DNA of 64,000 nucleotides from Chlamydiales bacterium (GTDB lineage Bacteria > Chlamydiota > Chlamydiia > Chlamydiales > JAAZZY01). The translations under genes and the position numbers were made by a program. Positions 10,102-22,166 of the stretch are shown here, in pieces; position 1 is the first letter of the stretch, and every line of letters starts with the position of its first letter. The notes under the pieces were generated by a model. The model was given only the letters and a program-made list of their open reading frames with translations. It was not told where the DNA came from and did no database searches. Where the stretch lies: the NCBI GenBank assembly GCA_965206695.1, contig CBDBKM010000010.1, positions 96,001-160,000 on the forward strand, read 5' to 3'.

Positions 10102-12132
10102 TACTCATCACGAATAAACCTCCGGATATTTTGTATTCGTATAGTGTAAATTATTTTGTATGAATTCATTTTTAACACTATCAGAAGAAAAGCATCTCAG
10201 ACAGCAACATAAACGAGAAAAGAATGGTCGTATACGAGATCGTATCAAGGCTGTTCTATTGTCGAATAAAGGTTGGAGTAATACTCGTATTGCTGAAGCT
10301 GTGCTTTTAGACGATGAAACAGTGTCTCGTCACATTAAAGAATATCAAAATAAACAGCAATTGCATGTAGAAAGCGGTGGTTCAGTCAGTAAACTTCTTG
10401 CGCCACAGTCAGAAGAATTCATTAAACATTTAACAACTCATACCTATGTCAAAGTAGAAGATATCTGTTCTTATGTTCTCGCGAAATATGGCATTGTTTA
10501 TACGATTTCAGGGATGACTTCTTGGCTACACTCACATGGTTTTTCCTATAAAAAGCCTAAAGGTACACCGGCTAAGGCAAATTCTGATCAACAAAAAGCT
10601 TGGATGCAATTTTACACCAAGCTTATGGCATCTCTGCCTAAAAATGAGCCTGTTGAATTTGCTGATGGTGTACATCCAACTATGGCAACTAAAATTTCTT
10701 ATGGTTGGATTCGACCGGGAACAGATAAATTGATTGCAACAACAGCTTCTCGTACTCGAATGAATCTTATGGGGTCTATCAATTTAAACAGTATGAAGGT
10801 AACAATAGATGCTTATGAAACATTAAATAGCGGTACCATGGCAAAGCATTTTGCTTTGCTACGGTCAAAATACCCCTCAGCTCCAAATATCCATCTTATT
10901 TTAGATCAAGGCCCTTATATAGTCATTTAATTTTACATTGATAAGATTGCTTGATCAATGGCGAATGTAAAATTCGTAACTTTTCGTAATATCTCTCTAA
11001 CTTTATTTTTCATATTAGCCCAATATTTTTCTATAGGATTTAAGTCCGGAGAATATGGAGGAAGAAACATAAGCTTACAACCGGCAGATTCTACTGTTTT
11101 CCTGCTTTCCGCTGACTTGTGAAAACCGGCATTGTCAAGAATAAGAACACTACCGGGTGTAAGCTGAGGAGTCAAAACTTCCTTAAGCCAAATATTGAAT
11201 AACCCGGTATTACAAGTACCTTCAAAACACATTGGAGATAAAAACTGCCCTTTAGATAGGGCTGAAATAATATTTTGCCTTATAAAGCGGTTTCCTGAAA
11301 CCGCTCCAAAAACTTTTTTGCCGCGTAAGGTTCTTCCGGACTCACGAAATAAAAATTGATGAATCCCGGTTTCATCGAGATAAATTCTCTTGTCAAAGGG
11401 AATATTTTTTAAATCTTTCATAAAAGCTTCCCGTTTCTTTTCATCTCTTTCCTTATAGCGAGTAGTTTTTTTTTTCGTGTAATTTTTAATCTTTTAAGGG
11501 CATAAAAAATCGTTTGCGGAGTGACTGAAAAATAATCAGCAATTTCCGATAAGAAATAATCCGGATGTTTTTCTACATATTTAGATAACAACTCATCATC
11601 TAATTTCTTATAAGCATATTTTCTGCGGATTGGCTTTAAATGTCCTTTTTGCTTTTTTTGCAAGATCCATCGATATATTGTTGCGATACCTACTTGAAAA
11701 ATATGGCCGGCTGTTTTTTTATCATGATGTTTTTCTATATGTTGTCATACTTTCTCTCGAAGATCTACTGAATAGGCTCTAGGCATTGTTTTGTCCTTAC
11801 TGGTTGTATAAAAAAAGAAGGATAACATATTATCAAATAAAAATTAAAATACTATAATACAAGTATTCAGACCAAACAAGAAGCAGAAAAACAAGGTATT
11901 ATTCTCTATTATTTACCTTCTTACAGTCCTAACCTCAATCCCATTGAACGATTATGGAAAGTGATGAATGAATATTGTCGCAATAATCGGTTTTTTAATT
12001 CTGCTAAAGAATTTCGGAGATCGATTACCGGATTTTTTGAAAATACTTGGCCCTCTATTGCTCAATCAATGAGGACACGAATCAATGATCATTTTCAAGT
12101 CTTAGAATCGGCACTTTGATTCATAAGGGGTA
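10102..12132 (+). mobile_element. IS630-family element type A, copy 1 (interrupted by type B)
   Basis: Ends TACTCATCACGAAT...ATTCATAAGGGGTA with TA flanks; near-identical to 26620-27713; transposase split at 10919/11855. Confidence 0.95.
10920..11854 (-). mobile_element. IS630-family element type B, copy 1
   Basis: Ends TAGTATTTTAATTTT / AAAATTAAATGACTA; TA duplication; orfA/orfB (LDETG, DNA.FH, YSPDLNPIE); TGA nonsense in orfA. Confidence 0.95.
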
Positions 12133-12143
12133 TATTACCCCCA

Positions 12144-12175
12144 AATAGCAGAATAGCAGAATAGCAGAAATAGCA
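12144..12175. repeat. Four AATAGCA(G) repeats immediately downstream of primase-helicase (candidate ori iterons)
   Basis: AATAGCAG x3 then AATAGCA; cut off on the left by IS630. Confidence 0.65.
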
Positions 12176-12181
12176 AGGGTA

Positions 12182-14044
12182 CTATCTCACAATCCAAATC
12201 TCCTTATGCTTAATATTATCAATCTCTCCTTTTTCAGGGCCAATTATCCATCCATGAGATTTCAAAATATTTAACAATTTTTTTGCTACAGCTTGTGATC
12301 GAATTGAATTAGGGCTTTTTTGATAAATCATGATTGTAGGGAACCTTTTAACCTTCTTTTCATGCAACCACGCCAATAGTTTATTGGCTTGAAGAAGATC
12401 TTGATCCATTGATGACAGCCCCGGAAGCCTGAGAGACTCCGAAAGATAAAATTCACAGATCTTAATGGCATTGTTAATCTCCGTTATTTTAACTTCACTA
12501 GGATTGATATATTCAAAGACTGACAGAATTTCCGCTATACGCAAAGCATTCTCAGCAATTTTAGCCGCTACTGCTTTTATTTGCTCATATTTACCATTGG
12601 GGCGCATCTCATATTCTATCTCGTTATGAAATTCTATCCACCGATTACAAGATTCTTGTGATAGCGATAATTCTAAAGGGCTTAACTCACCAATATTATC
12701 CGGAGATATTGAGAGAGATCTATCCATTAACTCTACTACTCGATCTTTAAAATTCTTAAATCCGGGCTTAAGATAAATATTTTCCGATTTATAGATTCTG
12801 CTTCCTATGGTACTCTTGGGATATGGTATGAGGCATCTACTTAAAAGACCCTGCCCAATTAAAATAGGATTGGAAAATATCTGTTGAGCTACTATGGGTT
12901 GAATCATAAGGCTAAGACTTAAACGCTTACCGTACAAATTATACACACCATCTTTTACTCTAGCTCTGTCAATTTCTCCTGCATCCCAAAGAGCAGAAAG
13001 ACCCGCTGCTGTTGACAAAACATTTTCTTCTCGCATAGCATGACCTCCTATCAACCGTCCTCCTTCATCAGAGAACAACCCTATGGAAGGTATACTTTTA
13101 GACAAATGAGTGACAAGAGATGGAAATGTCGGCTCAGCCAGTAGCATTATAGGATCTAGTGGTGGCTTAGGAGCCTCTTCCACTTCCGGTACGTTACCTG
13201 CTTTTACAGCTTTATCTCGTTTGTGAGACCAAGCATCATATTGATTTTTGAATTGATACATTTCTTTGTAATAAATTTGAAGTGTCATTTTTTGATACTC
13301 CCTGATTGTATGAAGTACAACTTTATCGATACCTGTCTTACGTTCCCCACTTTCTCCAACCGTAATAAAATAAAGAGAAAGAGGAATTGATCTACCATCG
13401 ATAATTATGTTATAAAAAGGTTGTGTAACTAGTGCTGTGGCACTCAGAAGACTTTGTGCGCATATAGTCATTGGAGCTTGTACTACTTCATTTAAATCCC
13501 TACAGGCTGCCGATAATCGCACTCCTAAGGCCTCTACCGGAAAGATTACCGGATCCTGTACCTTTCTAAATAAAGGGGTTGGCTGGGCAAGATGCTGATA
13601 AATTGTTAGACCCAAAAAAGAACATAAATCATTAATATTTTTATCTTTACAGTGGTTATGGAAACATTTAAAACCATGGCTATCATAACCATCCTTATGC
13701 GGTTCAAAATATTTTGTATCGCCTGTATTATCTGATGACGTATGATCTTTTTTCCAAGGACACTCAATATCATAACATCTTTTCGGATGGATTTTGGCAC
13801 TTCGAAATAATCCATGATTATAGATAGCTTCTAAAATTTTATTCTTATTCTCTTTTACCTCATTATGTTTTGGTGAATGGATCTTCATATGCTTATCTGA
13901 TTCAGATACAAAAAAAGATCCTCTGTACAAATCTATAGAATTGATCTCTATGATTTTACTTACAAACGGATCCTTTTTCTGATGCAAGAACCCGGGTAAT
14001 CTCATCACTCGAGAAAGGTCTTTCACTTGAGGATCTCCATCATA
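12182..14044 (-). pseudogene. RepB-type primase / DUF3987 (YfjI) helicase fusion, N-terminus removed by IS630
   Basis: DLSRVMRLPG primase motif, CPW..H..C.H.HC Zn motif, GESGERKT P-loop, SDEGG; the ORF's first ~22 aa are IS sequence. Confidence 0.82.
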
Positions 14045-14979
14045 TAGTATTTTAATTTTTATTTGATAATATGTTATCCTTCTTTTTTTATACAACCAGT
14101 AAGGACAAAACAATGCCTAGAGCCTATTCAGTAGATCTTCGAGAGAAAGTATTACAACATATAGAAAAACATCATGATAAAAAAACAGCCGGCCATATTT
14201 TTCAAGTAGGTATCGCAACAATATATCGATGGATCTTGCAAAAAAAGCAAAAAGGACATTTAAAGCCAATCCGCAGAAAATATGCTTATAAGAAATTAGA
14301 TGATGAGTTGTTATCTAAATATGTAGAAAAACATCCGGATTATTTTTTATCGGAAATTGCTGATTATTTTTCAGTCACTCCGCAAACGATTTTTTATGCC
14401 CTTAAAAGATTAAAAATTACACGAAAAAAAAAACTACTCGCTATAAGGAAAGAGATGAAAAGAAACGGGAAGCTTTTATGAAAGATTTAAAAAATATTCC
14501 CTTTGACAAGAGAATTTATCTCGATGAAACCGGGATTCATCAATTTTTATTTCGTGAGTCCGGAAGAAGCTTACGCGGCAAAAGAGTTTTTGGAGCGGTT
14601 GCAGGAAACCGCTTTATAAGGCAAAATATTATTTCAGCCCTATCTAAAGGGCAGTTTTTATCTCCAATGTGTTTTGAAGGTACTTGTAATACCGGGTTAT
14701 TCAATATTTGGCTTAAGGAAGTTTTGACTCCTCAGCTTACACCCGGTAGTGTTCTTATTCTTGACAATGCCGGTTTTCACAAGTCAGCGGAAAGCAGGAA
14801 AATAGTAGAATCTGCCGGTTGTAAGCTTATGTTTCTTCCTCCCTATTCTCCGGACTTAAATCCTATAGAAAAATATTGGGCTAATATGAAAAATAAAGTT
14901 AGAGAGATATTACGAAAAGTTACGAATTTTAAATTCGCCATTGATCAAGCAATCTTATCAATGTAAAATTAAATGACTA
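14045..14979 (+). mobile_element. IS630-family element type B, copy 2 (intact orfA/orfB, A10 slippery site)
   Basis: Same TIRs, TA flanks; the two flanks belong to different genes, implying an adjacent deletion. Confidence 0.95.
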
Positions 14980-15714
14980 TAAGCAGTCTGAAAAGCGTGT
15001 TTTTTCCGATATTCACAGATTTTACAATCAGAAGAAGGATCGGGGATAGTATCTGATTTTAAGCATACTAATATTTCCTCTAAAAGTTGGCTCAATCCAA
15101 TCTGTTTTTTCCTAAGATAAGGAAGTACATGTATATCGAATTCTAGTTTGCCCCCAAATTGCTCACGATCTTTTTTACCATTACAGTATATGAAGTAAGA
15201 TGTATCCGATACCTTGAAGCCATTGTTCTTTAAGAGCCACTGATAAATTTCTATTTGCCTTTTATAGCTATTTTTGCCATTCTGCATCGATAGTTACTTC
15301 TGTGGACTTACTAGTAGCCTTATAGTCAACAAGTATGAGTTCCTCTTCAGAAGTTATCCAAACATCATCAGGGGCACCATGTATTATGAAGTTAGTGTCT
15401 TCATGATGATATTGAACTCCTTTAAAATTGTTTCGCCATTCGTCTATTTTCTCATGAGAAAACGGAATAGCATCAATTTTTTCTTGTAACATGAGAGGAT
15501 GAGGTTTCCCTTGCTGTCGATAGATATCGAACTCTTTCTTCAACAGTGTGTCAACAGCACTATTTAGATTAAACGGAAATCCAGGGGGTTGTGAAACGCC
15601 TAATTTACGGTCCAAATAGAAACAATGGGGACATTGAAAATATAAATCTATTTTAGATCGACTTAGTTTAAAAGGTTCATTGCATGAAGGATTGTATAAT
15701 TTTTTTCTGGGCAT
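14980..15714 (-). pseudogene. PD-(D/E)XK nuclease (AddB/Cas4-like), frameshifted
   Basis: LSRSKIDLYFQCPHCFY, GAPDD, VDYKAT, RQIEIYQ, C..CEY across ORFs 15268-15714 and 14958-15287; +1 in an A5 run near 15270. Confidence 0.85.
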
Positions 15715-15720
15715 CCGTAT

Positions 15721-16902
15721 TTAAGATCTCCTTATAATTTTTTTGATTTCATGATCATATTCATATTGATCTATCTTGTTATTGGTAATAAGTTGAACGC
15801 AACGATTGATGATTTCAAGTGGCACAATGAACCACTCTCTAGGATTAAAACGTCTTCTATTTCGATCAAATATATCGATGTCTAAACAAGAAGAGGCAAA
15901 AAATTTATGGAGTAAAAATTCTAATTTTTGGGGATTAAGGTTATAGCATTTATATTTAGCAATAATTTTAGCAGGTGCGTAGAGATATGTGGAATCTTGA
16001 CTTGCATTTTTAATGCGTTTTTCTGGTGATGATTTAGAAAAACCTATTTTATAAAGATCTTTGATTTCTTTAATTTTTCTATTTTTACTTAATGATTGTA
16101 ATACGTAAATATATCCATCTTCATGATCATTTTTGGAGATGCAATTTTGATCTAGATTAAAGCCATTTAGTAAGTCGTCTTGATATTCTGTTACTATGCG
16201 CCCGTCTTGATATAACCCTGTGATTAATGATTGTTTTAGGAGATCAGCTTCCGTTCCATTTTCAAATATACAATGCAATCGAGGGTTGTCATCATCAGCA
16301 TTATTTTCATCTATATTTACATCTGCAACATATACCAAAATGCCTCTCAAAATAAAAAATCGATTTTTATCAATATTTTGGTATTGATCATATTTAAATG
16401 GCCTTAGCTCTCTTTTAGATGAGTTCAGATCTTTATGGCATTTTTGAAAAAGATCAACAAAATCATTAAAATTTTTGCAAGGTTTACGTTGTGCAATATA
16501 GTCTGGCGAATTTGTTTTTTTAGGGATATGCTTGAGGTTAAATATCTCTTTCACATCACTACTAATATGTAGAAGTCCAAACTCATCGTTTTTAAAGATG
16601 TCTTGAATTGAATTGATGCGAGTAGGTAGCCCCAGTAATGAGAATTCATCATATTCTAATAAGATTAAGACTTTATTATTCTGCTCTCTAATTCCTCTTA
16701 AACGGTGATATAATTCAAATTCTTCCCTGTTTTGCTTATTTTCTGCAGGCTCATGGTTATTTATACGGTAAAAGTTATTAATTTCTTGAAATTCACTTAT
16801 TAGTATCTCTTGTTCAGTGGTATGCGATGAACTTTTATGTTTAATTTTTAATAAGCCAAATTCATCATTTGCCAATAAGGTAAGCAAGGTTTCTTCCTTC
16901 AT
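15721..16902 (-). CDS. YeeC-like GIY-YIG (T5orf172/MUG113) protein
   Basis: RLHCIFENGTE, GYIYVLQS, LYKIGFS, PREWFIVPL. Confidence 0.85.
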   Translation of the reverse strand: MKEETLLTLLANDEFGLLKIKHKSSSHTTEQEILISEFQEINNFYRINNHEPAENKQNREEFELYHRLRGIREQNNKVLILLEYDEFSLLGLPTRINSIQDIFKNDEFGLLHISSDVKEIFNLKHIPKKTNSPDYIAQRKPCKNFNDFVDLFQKCHKDLNSSKRELRPFKYDQYQNIDKNRFFILRGILVYVADVNIDENNADDDNPRLHCIFENGTEADLLKQSLITGLYQDGRIVTEYQDDLLNGFNLDQNCISKNDHEDGYIYVLQSLSKNRKIKEIKDLYKIGFSKSSPEKRIKNASQDSTYLYAPAKIIAKYKCYNLNPQKLEFLLHKFFASSCLDIDIFDRNRRRFNPREWFIVPLEIINRCVQLITNNKIDQYEYDHEIKKIIRRS

Positions 16903-18857
16903 TATGAATGAGCTCCATGCTTTTGTTGCTGAGATTTTATATAATTTAGATGCTGAGATTTTACATAAATTAAAACTTGAGCCATACGTTGTTCGATTGA
17001 ATGAATAGAATTGAGATTGGGCTCCCGCTTATTTTTTCTGCGAAATTCAGTTATTTCTGGCCACAACTTTATTGCTTCCTCTTCTGTCACTGAATTTTTC
17101 ATACTGACCGTTTTAATGTAATCTTGAATGGCTTTAAAGTGTTCAGATGTTAAAGATTTTGAAATAATTTCAAATGCTTGTTGGAAGGGGTTAATTTTAT
17201 CAATTAGATCAATATGTAGTTCATCAATATTAATGAATTCATTAGCCATTTTAATCAATCTAGTATTAGCTGTTTTTTCGATAGGTTCATTATTTATTAC
17301 CATGCTTGCTACAGTATGCTGTCTAATTTCTTCTATCTCTTTTCCATTAAGATCGGGGTATTCTTCTTTGATAATTTTTGGAATAAGGTGCTTATTTATA
17401 TATTCAGCATCATCTTCATTGATTATTGATTTTTGTATTTCTAGATTTTGAAGAATTATTCTCTTTATATCCTCTATATCCGATTCGATAATGGTAGCGC
17501 TACGTTTTGAGCTCGGGGTTTTAAGCCCACGAATATGAATGATATCGGCTTCATTTTCATCTTGATCTGTTATTCTGTTTTTAAATTTAAAATTAGGAGA
17601 GAGTACCTGTTCCATAAGCAATGAGCAGGTAATTGCTTTTAGTATATTATTGACAGAAACCTTGATGAGATCATCTTCAACATCCGGTTGTGCTATCAGA
17701 TTTGTGAATTGTGCATGCTTTTTGTTTGGGCTATCTCTTGTACACCGTCCTATGATTTGTACTAGCTCTGTAAGAGAGCCTCGGTATCCGACTGTTAGCG
17801 CATGTTCACAAAAAGGCCAGTCAAAACCTTCTTTAGCCATTCCTAAAGCTATGATGATATCGATATCGTTTTCTGATTTAATATTACGCAAATAGTTCAT
17901 TGTATTATTTCTTCTAGTAGTATCATCAACCAAGTCTGCAATTTTTAAAATTTTTCCATCGGTTGTTCTTTTCAGGCTAATAATTCCTGTTTCTAAATCT
18001 TGATCTATAAATTCGCCTATTGTATCCAAAATTTCATCGACTTCTTGATGTTTATTTTTAGTGGATTCACCTGATTGTATACTTGGAATATGTAATATAG
18101 TTTTTTTATTAGTATCGAGAATTTGATTGATTGCCGAGGTGTAACGGCCTTGATAAAAGTGATATCCTATACCCAAGGATTTAAGATACTTATATCCATT
18201 TAACTGTTCGTAGTAAGTATAAGTAACAATATCAAAACAAGATTCATCTTCAGGTTGTAATATAGGGGTTTTATCACCTCTGAAATATGATCCCGTCATA
18301 GCCAAAATGTGTGCGTTAGATTTTGTGATAATGCGTTTTAAAAGGTATCCGAGCCTATTATTAGTTTCATCAGCAGAGACATGATGGAATTCATCGATAG
18401 CCAGTAGGGTATTGTTAAATTTATCTTCCTCAATTTTTTCACATGCAAAACGTAGTGTTGAATGGGTGCAAATAAGAATTTTTTCATTGCTTTCAATAAA
18501 GTTAAGAAATTGTTTTACCTTACCATCTAATCCTCCTGTTCTACATAGATTATATTGGGGGTTTACTTCCCAATCGGTAAAAAACCCATTATCTTTTAAT
18601 TTAGTGGTGTCGAATGATCCTCCTATAGATCTTTCGGGAACAGTTACGATAATTTTTTTAATTCCTTGATTATACAGTTTATCAAGAGCAATAAACATTA
18701 AAGCTCTAGATTTTCCAGAAGCTGGTGGTGATTTAATAATTAGGTATTGGGAGTTTCTTCTTAAGTAAGCGCGGGACTGCATCTCTCTCATGCCTAGATG
18801 GTTAGTTTGTGTGCTTTTGTTTGTCTGAGAATACTTAATGTTTAATAAATTGGACAT
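16902..18857 (-). CDS. YeeB-like SF2 helicase/ATPase
   Basis: GMREMQ, PPASGKSRALM, IDEFHH, MTGSYFRGD, MAKEGFDWP, QIIGRCTRD. Confidence 0.9.
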   Translation of the reverse strand: MSNLLNIKYSQTNKSTQTNHLGMREMQSRAYLRRNSQYLIIKSPPASGKSRALMFIALDKLYNQGIKKIIVTVPERSIGGSFDTTKLKDNGFFTDWEVNPQYNLCRTGGLDGKVKQFLNFIESNEKILICTHSTLRFACEKIEEDKFNNTLLAIDEFHHVSADETNNRLGYLLKRIITKSNAHILAMTGSYFRGDKTPILQPEDESCFDIVTYTYYEQLNGYKYLKSLGIGYHFYQGRYTSAINQILDTNKKTILHIPSIQSGESTKNKHQEVDEILDTIGEFIDQDLETGIISLKRTTDGKILKIADLVDDTTRRNNTMNYLRNIKSENDIDIIIALGMAKEGFDWPFCEHALTVGYRGSLTELVQIIGRCTRDSPNKKHAQFTNLIAQPDVEDDLIKVSVNNILKAITCSLLMEQVLSPNFKFKNRITDQDENEADIIHIRGLKTPSSKRSATIIESDIEDIKRIILQNLEIQKSIINEDDAEYINKHLIPKIIKEEYPDLNGKEIEEIRQHTVASMVINNEPIEKTANTRLIKMANEFINIDELHIDLIDKINPFQQAFEIISKSLTSEHFKAIQDYIKTVSMKNSVTEEEAIKLWPEITEFRRKNKREPNLNSIHSIEQRMAQVLIYVKSQHLNYIKSQQQKHGAHS

Positions 18858-19007
18858 ACTTCATTCTTGTATATAATTGATGTTTATTTAAAGAATGATA
18901 TGGGATAGATAATAATAAGTCAATTTATATAAAAGGACATTTAGATAAAAATTGTTTTATAAATTTATATTTTTTTATAATAAATAGATTTGATTTTATT
19001 AACGAAC

Positions 19008-21676
19008 TTATTGATCGATGGTCATTTTTTCATAGAGTTCAAAAAGATATTCTAGTCTTTCTGCATCGTTATTGAATAGTTTTGATCTATAGCATTTTTC
19101 TACAGATAGATCTAACTTTTGGTGTGTTTTTCGTAAATCATCTGGCATTGTATCAGGTTTATACATCCACGCTATTGTTTTTTCCGGAATAAGTAGATCT
19201 TATCTTAAGAATATCAAATGCAAGCTTTTCAAGTGTGTTTTTTTGTGTCCTAGATAGATTAGGAACAGGAAATGTATTATAGCATATAGTTGAAGAGTAA
19301 CGTAAATCACTTTTTAAGCGACCTGCAACCGCTCTTACCCATACCATATGTAGATTTGATGATATGAGAGAAAAGATATGTATTTCAGGATCATAAACAG
19401 CTTGTGCAGAGTCTAATATGATGCTATTTGAATTAATATATCCTATAGGAATATAAGTGAGGGATACCGATGAGACTCGCGGGATTAGTAGAGCTTCAGA
19501 TTTACGATATCTTATTTCTCCAAATTTGTGTGGGATTTGTGATAATTTATTTGTTGCTTTTTTGGGGCTTTTCTTTCTCTCTTCTTTTACTTGGGAAATT
19601 CGGGACCTTACTTCAGCTATCTTGTTAGCGATAGTTAAGTTGTTATTTTCTATCCATAAACAATATCGATTTTCTTTATAGAGAAATTCTTTGGACCCAA
19701 TTGCTTTTTTTATTATTTTTTTAGAGCTTGGATACAAATTAGTTAATTTTTTATATTCTTCATGAGAAAGAAGAAGAGAAGAGCCACATACCGGCATGCT
19801 GCCCAAGGTCATAATAGACAATTCCGGAGAAATTGGAATTTTAACTTCTTTTATAAAAATATTTTTAGAATCAATTAGATAAGCATTAATATTTTTATAA
19901 TTTTGTTTGTTATTTTGATCATAAATATATTTATTTTGTTTTTTTGAAATATTTCTTATTCCAACTATTATACATATGACACCGGCATTATCTAATGCGC
20001 TGTTTTTCCATTTAAAAGGTTTATATCCAAATTCGATCTCTAGATTTTTTTTAAAGATATAAGGCCAAAGAGTTGGTACATGTAAGCCTTGACAAATAGA
20101 ATTTGTTGAAACAAAAGCATATTTAGCTGATGCATTTTGAATATATTCAGAGGCTTTAAAAAACCAGCAAGAGATATAATCGAGATTTCCACTTTTAGGA
20201 ATAATGGGTTCCAGTAATTCTTTCATATCGCTTTTTTGTTCTTTTGTTTGGAGGCTTTTTCCTAAATAAGGGGGATTTCCTAAAATATAAATTTCTGAAC
20301 TACGATTTTTAGGACATACAGATTCCCAATCCATGCGAATAGCATTTCCACAAACAATATTTCCACTATCCTTTAAAGGAAGAGAGGGGCGGACTTCTCC
20401 AAAAACTTTTTTAAATTTAATATTCATTTGATGTTCAGCAACCCAAAGTGAAAGTAGTGCTAATTGTTGAGCAAATTCATTAATTTCTATTCCATAAAAT
20501 TGAGACAACATAATGTATGATATGGGAAGCCGGCGTTCCCCTGTAATTTTCTCTACTTGTTGAAATAGTGCAATTTCTAATTGGCGGAGCTCTTTATAAG
20601 CGATGATCAGAAAATTTCCTGAACCGCAAGCAGGATCAAAAATTTTTAAACTATATATTCGTTTTAATAATTTTTGTAGTCGACCGGCATGGTTTTTATT
20701 TTTATTAAATTCTTCATAGAGCTCATCTAAGAATAATGGTTTTATGATTTTCATAATGTTTATTACAGAAGTATAATGCATTCCTGTAGAGCTGCGTGTA
20801 TCAGGGTCTGCAATAGATTGAATCATAGAGCCAAATATATCGGGATTAATAAGAGACCAGTCTAATTTTCCGGATTCAATAATCAGCTTTCTTGAGTATC
20901 TAGAAAAATTTGGTATCTTTTCTTGATCACTAAATAAGGCTCCATTTACATATGGAAATTCTTGTAAGAATTTTGGATATGATCCTTTGTTTTTACAATC
21001 TAAGGATTTAAATAGCCGAGATAAGAATTCTCCTAGATCCTGCCCATCTGTATTAGTTTGAGATTCTACAGTCTTTGTAAATAAATCATTTTTGAATATG
21101 TCCGTATCTTCAGCAAAGTAACAAAATAATAGTCGTGTGAAAAAGGAATTTAGGGCGTGTCGAGAAATTGATTTTTTTGAGGTATTATCCTTTTGTATTT
21201 GCTCATATAATGCAGCGATTTTTTTAGCTGCTTGAATATCGGCCGGATTTTCATCATATATTTCGGCTTTTTCATTACCCGTCCATGGGAGGAAAAAACT
21301 AATATACTCGCTTAGATCTTGAATCGAAATTTCGATTGCTTCTCGTGTGTGTGTGTCAAACGCAGATATTAATCTATAGTTAGTTAATATAATAAATCTA
21401 GGTTTGTATTTTAATATTTCTTTTCTTTTTATTAGTTTTTCATGCTCACTTTTTAATTTAATGGATGTGGTTTCTTTAAAAAATAGTTCTTTTTTCCAAA
21501 GAATTGTTCCTAGTTCATTCTTTAATTGGTTGTAATCCCCTTTTTTCAAACGACTAATAGGATGATTTAGCTTTTCCATAAGCTAAGAGCAGGTCATAGA
21601 TAAATGTTTTTTGTGAGAAATTCTGAAGAAGTTTTTCAATATTTTCTTCTATCTCTGTTATTGAGATATCTACCAT
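19008..21676 (-). pseudogene. YeeA/MmeI-like N6-adenine DNA methyltransferase with two +1 frameshifts
   Basis: FPYVNGALF, GMHYTS, DPACGSGNF, GNPPY; true start ATG 21676 (MVDISITEIEE..YDLLLAYG) shifts near 21560; C-terminus (MPDDLRKTHQKLD..RLEYLFELYEKM, stop 19008) follows a shift in an A6 run near 19180. Confidence 0.88.
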
Positions 21677-21868
21677 ATTTTTGCATCCTGCATTATATAG
21701 ATATTAACCTTCCTTATTACAAATGCTTTACATTATGTAGGATAGTTATATAAGCAATTGTAAGTATACATCCCTGTATCAGTAGCCATATTAGAATTTT
21801 GATAAATCGTCAATTAGTTTATAACGAGATTGATATCAAATTGTATTTTATTTTTATCTTCTAGATTT

Positions 21869-22042
21869 AATGAAATTATCAATCTCAAATAGGGAATCTC
21901 AGTTGATTTGGTTTTGGATTTGGCTGCTGCCCTTAGAGCAACACCCGAATTCTGCGTAAATCTACAAATCAATTATGAGCTTTGGGAAGCGATAAGGCGT
22001 TGCCCAAGAAGAGGTATCGAACCTATAGAAATGGTTATTTAG
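21869..22042 (+). pseudogene. HigA-family antitoxin remnant
   Basis: Translates NEIINLK*GISVDLVLDLAAALRATPEFCVNLQINYELWEA, matching the HigA pattern; no start codon. Confidence 0.7.
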
Positions 22043-22166
22043 TTCTTTTATTATAAATTTAAATTTTAATTAATTAATAAATTATTTTTTAATAAATAAA
22101 CTATTTGATTTAATAAAAGTATATCTGTGAAAATACGCGTTTAATTAAAATTATCGCTGATTTTCG

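Noticed and set aside
10100..10178. N-terminus of ORF 9408..10178 (MLKMNSYK...), also seen in ORF 53005..53403
   Set aside because: Antisense read-through of the IS630-A left end, not real TnpB or transposase sequence.
14045..14113. N-terminus of ORF 12182..14113 (MFCPYW...)
   Set aside because: Derived from the IS630-B end; the true primase start is deleted.
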